Positions 20,443 through 28,026 of a DNA stretch of 36,661 nucleotides are shown one piece after another. The notes beneath the pieces are model-generated. The model was given only the letters and a program-made list of their open reading frames with translations, ran no database searches and had not been told where the DNA came from. Within the stretch, counting starts at the first letter, position 1. Each line of letters begins with the position of its first letter. The stretch comes from Fibrobacteria bacterium (GTDB taxonomy: Bacteria; Fibrobacterota; Fibrobacteria; UBA11236). Both the position numbers and the translations under genes were made by a program. The stretch lies in contig JBGTHM010000072.1 of the NCBI GenBank assembly GCA_041746255.1, positions 1 to 36,661 of the forward strand. The letters are read 5' to 3'.

Positions 20443-20566
20443 GCTCATCCCGCGAGGCATAGTCCTCACGCAATGGACGAGAGCCGAATTCCGCCAGGAC
20501 GAAAGTAGCAACGGTAGGCATCGAATTCATGTGCCGTGTCAAAGTCTATCACCGAGCGGGGTGAGT
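20443..20566 (+). ncRNA. ffs: Signal recognition particle RNA (small bacterial 4.5S type)
   Basis: Helix-8 core CCGCCAGG-AC-GAAA-GT-AGCAACGG and distal GTGCCG motif. The whole region folds as one long hairpin: GCTCATCCCGC/GCGGGGTGAGT, ATAG/CTAT, CACG/CGTG, ATGGA/TTCAT, GCC/GGC. Confidence 0.9.
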
Positions 20567-20705
20567 CCCGCTATTATCCACCACACCATCTAGTCGATCC
20601 CTCCCCTTGAGTCATTATTGGGGTTGATTTCCCCCATAATTTCCGCTTGGCTCTTCCGACTTGCCATTGATGGGAAGCCGAATCGCAAATGGATGACATT
20701 TGTCC

Positions 20706-20735
20706 TTGCTTTCCTATTCAGGGTTACCCTATGCT
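20706..20735 (+). promoter_or_regulatory. Candidate promoter for the surface-protein operon
   Basis: TTGCTT (20706-20711), 18 nt, TATGCT (20730-20735), 27 nt upstream of ATG 20763. The inverted repeat CAAATG-N5-CATTTG (20686-20702) lies just upstream. Confidence 0.4.
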
Positions 20736-20762
20736 ATGGGTGTTTCCATAAAGAGTGGGCAG

Positions 20763-23700
20763 ATGTACAATCGAAATACTCATCGAAGAACCCTCCTTCC
20801 CCAAAACCTGTTCCTCCTCTTTTTCCTCTTCTTAAGTTTTCCCCAAACCCTTTTGGCGCATATCCAGGAGGGGCAGGGTAGCGCCCTTCAGCTTTACAGT
20901 AATCGTATTACCGGACTCAAGCCCGTAATCGACGGTTCCATTCTAAGCCGTAATGGAGACCCCTCCTCCAAAGACTCACCCGCAGAATGGAAAGAGGCCT
21001 ATACCCGGCAAATCACCCTCAGCGATGGAAATATCGCCACTCTGTTCCTTATGAACGACGATGACACCCTATATGTCGCCGCCATCTACGAGCACAACAA
21101 TAACGGTGATGGAACAGGCGTCAGGCTCTACTTCGACGAAGGCCCCGGCGGCGGCCCCCATGACAATTTGCTCACCTCCGGTGCTACCCGCAACGAGGCT
21201 GGTTTTGCCATCATCCGCAACGGCGGCACGGCGGAATTGAGCGACGTTTCATGGAACGGAAGTGCCTGGGCATCCGATGGGGATGGCCAAAAAGATTTTC
21301 GCGGGGCGAGGCATTTCTTCAATGATGCCATCAAAGTTCATATGCAGGAATTCGCAATACCTCTGAAAAATCCCAAGCCGAAGGATGCGAACAACTCCGA
21401 TTTGAAAATTTCCCTGGAGGATGAATTGGGATTTTACATCCAGGTGGAAAAACGGGGTGCCGGAGCCGGTACCTTTCATTGGACGGAAACCAATGGAAAC
21501 GTAAACGATGCTGGAACCGGCGTCGGTTGGGCTGATCTCCGCCTCAACATCAAGCAAAGCTTCAGTACCTTTTACGCGACCCTGAACGCCAATGGCAATC
21601 CCACCATAAATGGTGACCTTTCGGACGATGCCTGGCGGGGAAGTTACCGTCGCAACATTGTACTTACGAATTTCAAAGGCGCGGCCATTCCGGCGGTGTT
21701 TCGTGCTGTGCAGGACCACGGTACCGGAATAGTCTATGTGGGATTGGAAATCCAACATGCCGACGCGGATGCGGTCGATTACGCGCAAGTCTATCTGGAG
21801 GCGGACGCGACCAATGCAGTAACGAATGCGCGAAATTACCTGCTGGAAAGCGGGCACGAAGACGCCACCCGCGCCACGGGTGCCGCCATGACGGATATGT
21901 ATTGGAACGGAACTGCCTGGACAGCGGATACGGAAGGCGCCGATACCCATGCCGCTTTCGGAACCCATGCCTCGGGTCGCTATCAATATGAATTTGCCAT
22001 CCCCTACCGTGATGCCGTGGCAGGCCAGGATATCAATGTACCGGATAAGGCCGCCCCCGGGCTTTTCATCCGTTTTCATGACAATTCAAGGCCCGCAGGC
22101 GAAAGAGACTTTTATTGGGAATACAGCGCCAACGTCGATGCGATCAACGTCGATCCCAATACCACGACCCGCTTAGCCGGTGGATGGTCCTTGTTCCAGT
22201 TCGGCGCACCTTATACCCAGGTGGTTTTCCCCGCTGATGGCTCCAAAGTGGAAGGGGTTGTCCATGTTCGCATTGTCGCGCGTGATATTGTTCCCAATGG
22301 CATTGATTCGACCTATTTCTATCTCAATTCAAACCCAGGAACCACCTATCCCTTGATCCGCATTGCCGACCAGGATGAATACGCGGGCCAAATCGATGTG
22401 TCGGCGCTTGCCGATGGCCCGGATAGTCTCGTCATCCATGTTGTGAACAACGACGGTATCGCTTTGGACAGGCTGGTTTATATCGATATCGACAATATTG
22501 GAGGCGCGGTGGAAGTACCGGTGGTCGCCCTGACATCACCTACCGCAGGTTCACAGGTTTCCGGAAATATAGCGGTTACCTTCGGAGTCACTTCCAGTAC
22601 GGCCACAACCCGCGCGGTTTCCATCGACGGTGGGGCCTATTCCGACCTTTCGCCAACCAGCGCCAGCACTTTTAATTGGAATACCGCCTCCCTGGCCGAC
22701 GGCAGCCATACCCTGCAATTCCGGGCTATCAATACCGACGGCATCAGCGGAACCTCCCACGTCATCACCTTCATCGTAAACAACAGTCCCACCGTCACCC
22801 TGAACGCACCCGCAGGGGGAAGCACCCTCTCCGGGAATAGTACGATCACCTATGCCACCGTTGCCGTGGCGCCCGCCTCCGTGGCCTCCGAATCTCTTTT
22901 CGTGGACGGCAAGGTACATTCCCTTCTCAGTCCCAGCGGAACCGATACCTTCAATTCCACCTCCCTGGTCGATGGCGAACACTCCCTGCAAATCAAAGCC
23001 ACCGACAGCAACGGCAAGGTGGGCTGGTCCCAGTTGGTGCACGTACTGGTGCGCAATGCCCCTTCGATTGTTCTGGACAGCGCTTTGGCCGATATGACCG
23101 CATCGGGACGGCTGGCCATCCGTTTTGCGACCCAGGTTGTAGCTCCGGCCACGGTGCAAAAAACCGAGATAGCCTTGAACGGAGGAGCTTTCCGGGCCAC
23201 CTCAACCGATTCCAGCGATACCCTCGATACCCGCGCTTTAAGCGATGGGTCACACCTGATACAAGTGAGAGTAACCGACAGCGAAGGTAAAACAGGGTTA
23301 TCGCAAATCATCAAATTCAATCTTAAAAATAGTCCCACGGTTCGCATCGAAAACCCGTCGGTGGATGCAGTTGTGCGCGGTGTGGTAAGGGTGGATTTCA
23401 CGGCTGAGGCCGTAGCCCCCGACAGCATCGTTTCCACGCAAATATCCGTGGGGGGAGGAGATTGGATACCCACCTCCTCCGCCTCGCACCATGAATTGGA
23501 CACGCGAAATTTCCAGGACGGCGATTTGCTTCTTGCCTTCAAGACTATCGATGCAAGCGGCAAAGAGGATACGTCCATGATAAGGGAAATTTTGGTGGAT
23601 AATTCGCCACCGGCCGTCAGTTCCCTCCACATCGCCTACGCCGAAGGGGCCGCCGGTAAAATGGGGGATAAAATCGTAATCTCGGCCCAAGCCCTGGATT

Positions 23701-24992
23701 TCATTGCCGGGATGGACCCGGATTCAGGACTCGTACTTTTTTCCACGGGCGGACTGACGCAAGCCGTTACGATTTTGCATGACGATGGCGAGAACGGAGA
23801 CGTCGTGCAGGGTGATAATGTTTTCAGCGCGGAATTGACCATCGATACCGATACCAGCGGTTCCTTGACTTTTTCGTTACGCGGTCGCGATGCCGTCGGT
23901 AACGACACGCTACTCCAAAGCGCTTTGGTGTTGGACAACCGTGCGCCGGAAATTTCCATCACCGTGGAACCCGCTCCGGAAACGATTGGGGTGGACGGGA
24001 AAACCCGGGTTTATGTTCCCCGGATCAGCATCAAGGGTTCTTTTTGGGATGAAGGCGGTTCCGGGGTGGCGGCAGCCATCTTGAGTACGGTAAATGACAG
24101 TGGGTTGCATATCAACAACAGCCCCCTCGCCATTCCCGTTTCCAGCGGTAACTTCAGCCGGGTTTTACACTTGGTTCCGGGCGTAAACACCATTCGACTA
24201 CAGGTATGGGACCATGCCGGGAACCAAGGCGTAGCAACCGAGATAATCGAATATGTTGTCCCCAAAGTAACCCAGGTGGTGACTTCTAAAGGGGGTAGGG
24301 TGGAGAATCGGAATGGAAGTGCCGTAAATATTCCGGTCAACGCCCTTTACCAATCCGCGGAAATATCCATATGGCCAACATCACCTTTGGAACAGCCCAA
24401 ACCTTTGGACGCCAAAATACGACTTTTGGGGGTTCCCCATGAATTCGGTCCCGATGGAACCGTATTCCGGCAACCCGTCACTCTCACCTTGACTTATACC
24501 GAAGCGGATCTGGATACCAATCAGAACGGAAGAGCCGATTTCAACCCGGATAAATTCTCCATCGTTTTCTGGAACGGTAATACCTGGGTAAGCGCCGGTG
24601 ATGCCCGCGTGGACAAAGAAAAGCGAACCGTCAGTGTGAATGTCAACCATTTCACCCTTTTCGATATCGCGCAAGACGACAATGCTCCTCCGGCAAAGTT
24701 GGTGACTTATTGGAATCGGAACCCGATTGTGGGTCGCTCGGAATTCATCTACAAGGTGCCCAAGCCGGGTAAGGTTTCCCTGCAGATTTTGGATATGGCA
24801 GGCGACATGGTGCATAATCTGATTCATCCGAACACCCCGGTGCAAAACCTAGGCAGCGTCCAATGGGATGGAGCCAATGTATCGGGTCGCTTCGCGGGCG
24901 CCGGGCTTTACATCTATGTGTTCCGCTATGAATCCGATGACGGCGGCACCCGGGAAATCATCCGGAAGCCTATCGGGTTGACGCGCAATTGA
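20763..24992 (+). CDS. Large secreted protein A: signal peptide, two CBM9/DOMON-like domains, about 7 bacterial Ig-like domains (one with a choice-of-anchor X-like motif), ZU5-like domain, FlgD/T9SS-type C-terminal domain
   Basis: Signal peptide ending QTLLA|H. Two repeats P.I(D/N)G...W...YV....EFAIP. Ig repeats P..G..(V/L)SG...(N/D)T..L.DG.H.(L/I)Q. DDGENGDVVQGDNVFSA. GGRV...V.IP.NAL...EFGPDGTVF..PVTLTL.Y...NHFT. C-terminal NP...V.LQILDMAG..V..L.......WDG....G....G.YIY. Confidence 0.8.
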   Translation: MYNRNTHRRTLLPQNLFLLFFLFLSFPQTLLAHIQEGQGSALQLYSNRITGLKPVIDGSILSRNGDPSSKDSPAEWKEAYTRQITLSDGNIATLFLMNDDDTLYVAAIYEHNNNGDGTGVRLYFDEGPGGGPHDNLLTSGATRNEAGFAIIRNGGTAELSDVSWNGSAWASDGDGQKDFRGARHFFNDAIKVHMQEFAIPLKNPKPKDANNSDLKISLEDELGFYIQVEKRGAGAGTFHWTETNGNVNDAGTGVGWADLRLNIKQSFSTFYATLNANGNPTINGDLSDDAWRGSYRRNIVLTNFKGAAIPAVFRAVQDHGTGIVYVGLEIQHADADAVDYAQVYLEADATNAVTNARNYLLESGHEDATRATGAAMTDMYWNGTAWTADTEGADTHAAFGTHASGRYQYEFAIPYRDAVAGQDINVPDKAAPGLFIRFHDNSRPAGERDFYWEYSANVDAINVDPNTTTRLAGGWSLFQFGAPYTQVVFPADGSKVEGVVHVRIVARDIVPNGIDSTYFYLNSNPGTTYPLIRIADQDEYAGQIDVSALADGPDSLVIHVVNNDGIALDRLVYIDIDNIGGAVEVPVVALTSPTAGSQVSGNIAVTFGVTSSTATTRAVSIDGGAYSDLSPTSASTFNWNTASLADGSHTLQFRAINTDGISGTSHVITFIVNNSPTVTLNAPAGGSTLSGNSTITYATVAVAPASVASESLFVDGKVHSLLSPSGTDTFNSTSLVDGEHSLQIKATDSNGKVGWSQLVHVLVRNAPSIVLDSALADMTASGRLAIRFATQVVAPATVQKTEIALNGGAFRATSTDSSDTLDTRALSDGSHLIQVRVTDSEGKTGLSQIIKFNLKNSPTVRIENPSVDAVVRGVVRVDFTAEAVAPDSIVSTQISVGGGDWIPTSSASHHELDTRNFQDGDLLLAFKTIDASGKEDTSMIREILVDNSPPAVSSLHIAYAEGAAGKMGDKIVISAQALDFIAGMDPDSGLVLFSTGGLTQAVTILHDDGENGDVVQGDNVFSAELTIDTDTSGSLTFSLRGRDAVGNDTLLQSALVLDNRAPEISITVEPAPETIGVDGKTRVYVPRISIKGSFWDEGGSGVAAAILSTVNDSGLHINNSPLAIPVSSGNFSRVLHLVPGVNTIRLQVWDHAGNQGVATEIIEYVVPKVTQVVTSKGGRVENRNGSAVNIPVNALYQSAEISIWPTSPLEQPKPLDAKIRLLGVPHEFGPDGTVFRQPVTLTLTYTEADLDTNQNGRADFNPDKFSIVFWNGNTWVSAGDARVDKEKRTVSVNVNHFTLFDIAQDDNAPPAKLVTYWNRNPIVGRSEFIYKVPKPGKVSLQILDMAGDMVHNLIHPNTPVQNLGSVQWDGANVSGRFAGAGLYIYVFRYESDDGGTREIIRKPIGLTRN

Positions 24993-27970
24993 GACGGGGT
25001 AGGTAAATGACGAAAAACAGCACTCCCACAATCGAGAAACTCGGCATGAAAACGGTCATGCGGTCGGTTATACCGTCGCGTCGTCTGTTGTGGTCCATGC
25101 TTATAGTAGCCCTTGGCTTGGGTCCGATTTTCGCACAGCCACCCACCATTCAAATCATTTTCCCTCAGCCCGGCTCCTCGGTAGAAGGTTTGGTCAATTT
25201 ACGCGTCCATGCTGAGGATGGAGATGGTGACGGCATCAACGGCATCGATTCGGTTCTTTTCATCCATACCCGGGCACCCGGCGATACCATACGCATGGAA
25301 CGGGTCGGCACCACGGGGGAATGGTCCGGCGCCTGGTACGCCGGTGGATTCGCGAATGGAACGGACAACGCTATTTTCCGGGCCTATGACAATGACAATA
25401 CTTCCACCGATAGCGTCCTCTCCTTGACTATAGCCAACGGCACGGGGGCGGTACAAATACCCGTGATCGCCTTGACCTCGCCCGCAGCGGGCTCGCAGGT
25501 TTCCGGTACGGCGGCGGTGGTTTTCGCCGTAACTTCCAACACGGCCACCACCCATGCGGTTTCCATCGATGGCGGAGCCTATGCCGACCTCTCGCCAACC
25601 AACGCCACCACCTATAACTGGAATACCGCTTCACTGATCGATGGAAGCCATACGCTGCAATTCCGGGCCATCAATACCGGCGGCACCAGTGGAACTTCCC
25701 AAGTCATCACTTTCATCGTAAACAACACTCCCACCGTCACCCTTAACGCGCCCGAAGGCGGAACTCTTATATCCGGAAACAGGACGCTCACCTATAGCTC
25801 CGTCGCCGCGGCCCCGGCCACCATCGCCTCCGAATCGCTCTATGTAGATGGTAAAGTCCTGACGCTGCTCAGCCCCAGCGGAACCGATACCTTCAATACC
25901 ACCTCCCTGGTCGATGGCGAGCACTCCCTGCAAATCAAAGCTACCGACAGCAACGGCAAGATTGGCTGGTCCAAATTGATAAACGTGTTGGTGAGGAACA
26001 ACCCGACCATTGTTTTGGATAGTGGTTTGGCCGACTCTACCGTATCGGGACGCCTGGTCATTTCCTTCGACGCCCAAGCAGTGGGTCCGGCCACGGTGCA
26101 AAGCACTGAATTGGCGTTGAACGGCGGACCCTTCCGGGCTACCGCCACCGATTCCAGCGATACCCTCGACACCCGGTCGTTAAGCGATGGCTCCCACCTG
26201 ATACAGGTGAGAGTAACCGACAGCGAGGGTAAAACAGGGTTATCGCAAATCATCAAATTCAATCTCGAAAATGCTCCCTCGGTTCGCATCGATTACCCGA
26301 CCGTGGATGCTGTAGTGCGTGGAGTGCTGGTGGTGGAATTCACGGCAGAGGCCGTCGCCCCCGACAGCATCGTATCCACGCAGATTTCCATAGGGGGAGG
26401 AGAATGGATACCCACTGCTTCCGCCTCGCAGCATGTTTTGGACACGCGGAATTTTAAGGACGGTGATTTAAGGATTCAAGTGCGCGCCACCGATGCCGCC
26501 GGCAAATCCGCTTTGTCCCTAACGCGGGAATTCGTGGTGGATAATTCACCACCGGTGATCAGCCTGCCTAAGGTCATCTATTTGGATAATGCTCCGGTCG
26601 GTCGTGCGGGAACGGAACTGCTGATTACGGCCCAAGGCCTGGATATTCGGGCCGGCATGGACGCGGATTCCGCCATGCTTTTCCTATCCGAAACTTTGAC
26701 CGACGATGGTTTGCGGGTTCTCATGCGCGATGATGGCGCCGAGGGTGATGTTGTCAAAGGCGACAATATTTATTCGGTGCGAGTCACTCCTACCTTGGCT
26801 ACCGATGGCGTGATATCTTATTCCATCCGTGCCCGCGACGCCGTAGGTAATGACACTCTCATCACCGGCGAAATTATTTTGGACAACACCCCGCCGGAAG
26901 TCGCTTTGACGATTGAGCCCGCACCCGCCAAGGGAACAAGCTTGTTGGAGGGAGAGGTTTACGTAGCGAAGGTTTTGATTTCCGGTACCTTTTCCGACGC
27001 CGGAGGTTCCTCCATGCATTCCGTGGAACTGGTGGTACGCAATGACAGTAATGGGCATGTGAACAGCAGCCCCGACGGCATTCCCTTGCTTGACGGGAAA
27101 TTCCGGAGGATTGTGCATTTAGTGCCGGGTAAAAACCGGATCGTACTCAACGGTCGCGACCGGGCGGGTAATCGCGACAGCACGGTCGCTCAATTGACCT
27201 ATATCGTTCCCAAGGAAACCAAAATCGTGAAAGTGGATGGGGGTTCGGTTTTCGGGGCGAACGGAAGCGGGGTTCAGATTCCTTCCAACGCTCTGTATAA
27301 ACCCGAAGAAATCACGGTACGGGCCGCCTCCGCCTTGGATCAGCCCAAGCCTTTGGACCCCAAGATGAGGCTTTTGGGGGTTCCCTATGAATTCGGTCCC
27401 GACGGTACCGTTTTCCGTCAACCCGTCACCGTCACATTGGCTTATACCGATGCGGATCTCGATACCAATCAAAACGGAAAAGCGGACTTCAACCCGGATA
27501 AATTCTCTATCGTATTCTGGAATGGCACCACCTGGGTCAGTGCCGGAGATTCCCGCGTGGACAAGACCAAGAGAACCGTGAGTGTGAGCGTCAACCATTT
27601 TACCCTATTCGATATCGTGCAAGACGACAACGCCCCTCCGGCAAAGTTGGTGACTTTTTGGAATCGGAACCCGATAGTGGGCCGCTCGGAATTCATCTAC
27701 AAGGTGCCCAAACCGGGCAAGGTTTCCCTGCAGATTCTGGACATGGCCGGCGATCTGGTCCATCAGCTCGTCCGTCCGAATACTCCAGTGGAAACATTGG
27801 GAAGTGTCCAATGGGACGGAGCGAATGTTTCAGGACGGTTCGCCGGAGCCGGGCTTTACATCTACGTGTTCCGCTACGAATCCGATGACGGTGGTACCCG
27901 TGAAATCATCCGGAAGCCGATTGGATTGGCGCGCAATTGAGACGGGGTAAGGAAATGATGAAAAATGGCA
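22208..27970 (+). repeat. Tandem duplication of about 2.95 kb (A about 22208-25020 vs B about 25142-27970)
   Basis: Long near-identical nucleotide stretches at offsets 2942-2948, including the stop codon and the downstream spacer. Confidence 0.92.
25007..27940 (+). CDS. Large secreted protein B: paralogue of A lacking the CBM9/DOMON-like domains (Ig-like repeats, ZU5-like, FlgD/T9SS-type CTD)
   Basis: Signal peptide ending GPIFA|Q. Colinear with the C-terminal two-thirds of A. The exact start Met is uncertain. Confidence 0.85.
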   Translation: MTKNSTPTIEKLGMKTVMRSVIPSRRLLWSMLIVALGLGPIFAQPPTIQIIFPQPGSSVEGLVNLRVHAEDGDGDGINGIDSVLFIHTRAPGDTIRMERVGTTGEWSGAWYAGGFANGTDNAIFRAYDNDNTSTDSVLSLTIANGTGAVQIPVIALTSPAAGSQVSGTAAVVFAVTSNTATTHAVSIDGGAYADLSPTNATTYNWNTASLIDGSHTLQFRAINTGGTSGTSQVITFIVNNTPTVTLNAPEGGTLISGNRTLTYSSVAAAPATIASESLYVDGKVLTLLSPSGTDTFNTTSLVDGEHSLQIKATDSNGKIGWSKLINVLVRNNPTIVLDSGLADSTVSGRLVISFDAQAVGPATVQSTELALNGGPFRATATDSSDTLDTRSLSDGSHLIQVRVTDSEGKTGLSQIIKFNLENAPSVRIDYPTVDAVVRGVLVVEFTAEAVAPDSIVSTQISIGGGEWIPTASASQHVLDTRNFKDGDLRIQVRATDAAGKSALSLTREFVVDNSPPVISLPKVIYLDNAPVGRAGTELLITAQGLDIRAGMDADSAMLFLSETLTDDGLRVLMRDDGAEGDVVKGDNIYSVRVTPTLATDGVISYSIRARDAVGNDTLITGEIILDNTPPEVALTIEPAPAKGTSLLEGEVYVAKVLISGTFSDAGGSSMHSVELVVRNDSNGHVNSSPDGIPLLDGKFRRIVHLVPGKNRIVLNGRDRAGNRDSTVAQLTYIVPKETKIVKVDGGSVFGANGSGVQIPSNALYKPEEITVRAASALDQPKPLDPKMRLLGVPYEFGPDGTVFRQPVTVTLAYTDADLDTNQNGKADFNPDKFSIVFWNGTTWVSAGDSRVDKTKRTVSVSVNHFTLFDIVQDDNAPPAKLVTFWNRNPIVGRSEFIYKVPKPGKVSLQILDMAGDLVHQLVRPNTPVETLGSVQWDGANVSGRFAGAGLYIYVFRYESDDGGTREIIRKPIGLARN

Positions 27971-28026
27971 TGAATGTGACCGACCAGATAAAAACCGCCA
28001 AGTGGCGTCCCATACAAGGAGTGAAT

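Noticed and set aside
20553..20566. ffs 3' end (GAGCGGGGTGAG) as an att site echoed in GAGACGGGGTA after genes A and B
   Set aside because: The match is short and imperfect and no integrase is present. It is better explained as chance similarity to an RBS-like sequence.
20660..20762. c-di-GMP riboswitch in the leader of the surface-protein operon
   Set aside because: Only scattered fragments (GCAAA, AAAGAGTGGG) resemble the class I motif. Order and pairing do not fit.
20408..20881. Short ORFs 20408..20593 and 20618..20881
   Set aside because: The first coincides with the ffs promoter and SRP RNA. The second overlaps the candidate promoter and gene A and has no RBS.
21128..27811. Many long antisense ORFs (for example 21249..22079 and 22850..23632)
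   Set aside because: Shadow frames of GC-rich, Thr/Ser/Val-rich coding sequence, with no recognisable motifs or RBS.
24990..27954. Stop read-through or frameshift fusing A-B or B-PorV
   Set aside because: Downstream genes are out of frame with the TGA stops, no slippery heptamer is visible, a TAA blocks the shifted frame at the A-B junction, and each downstream gene has its own signal peptide.
22208..27970. Diversity-generating retroelement TR/VR pair
   Set aside because: The repeats are kilobase-long coding paralogues with mostly third-position differences that are not adenine-specific, and there is no reverse transcriptase.
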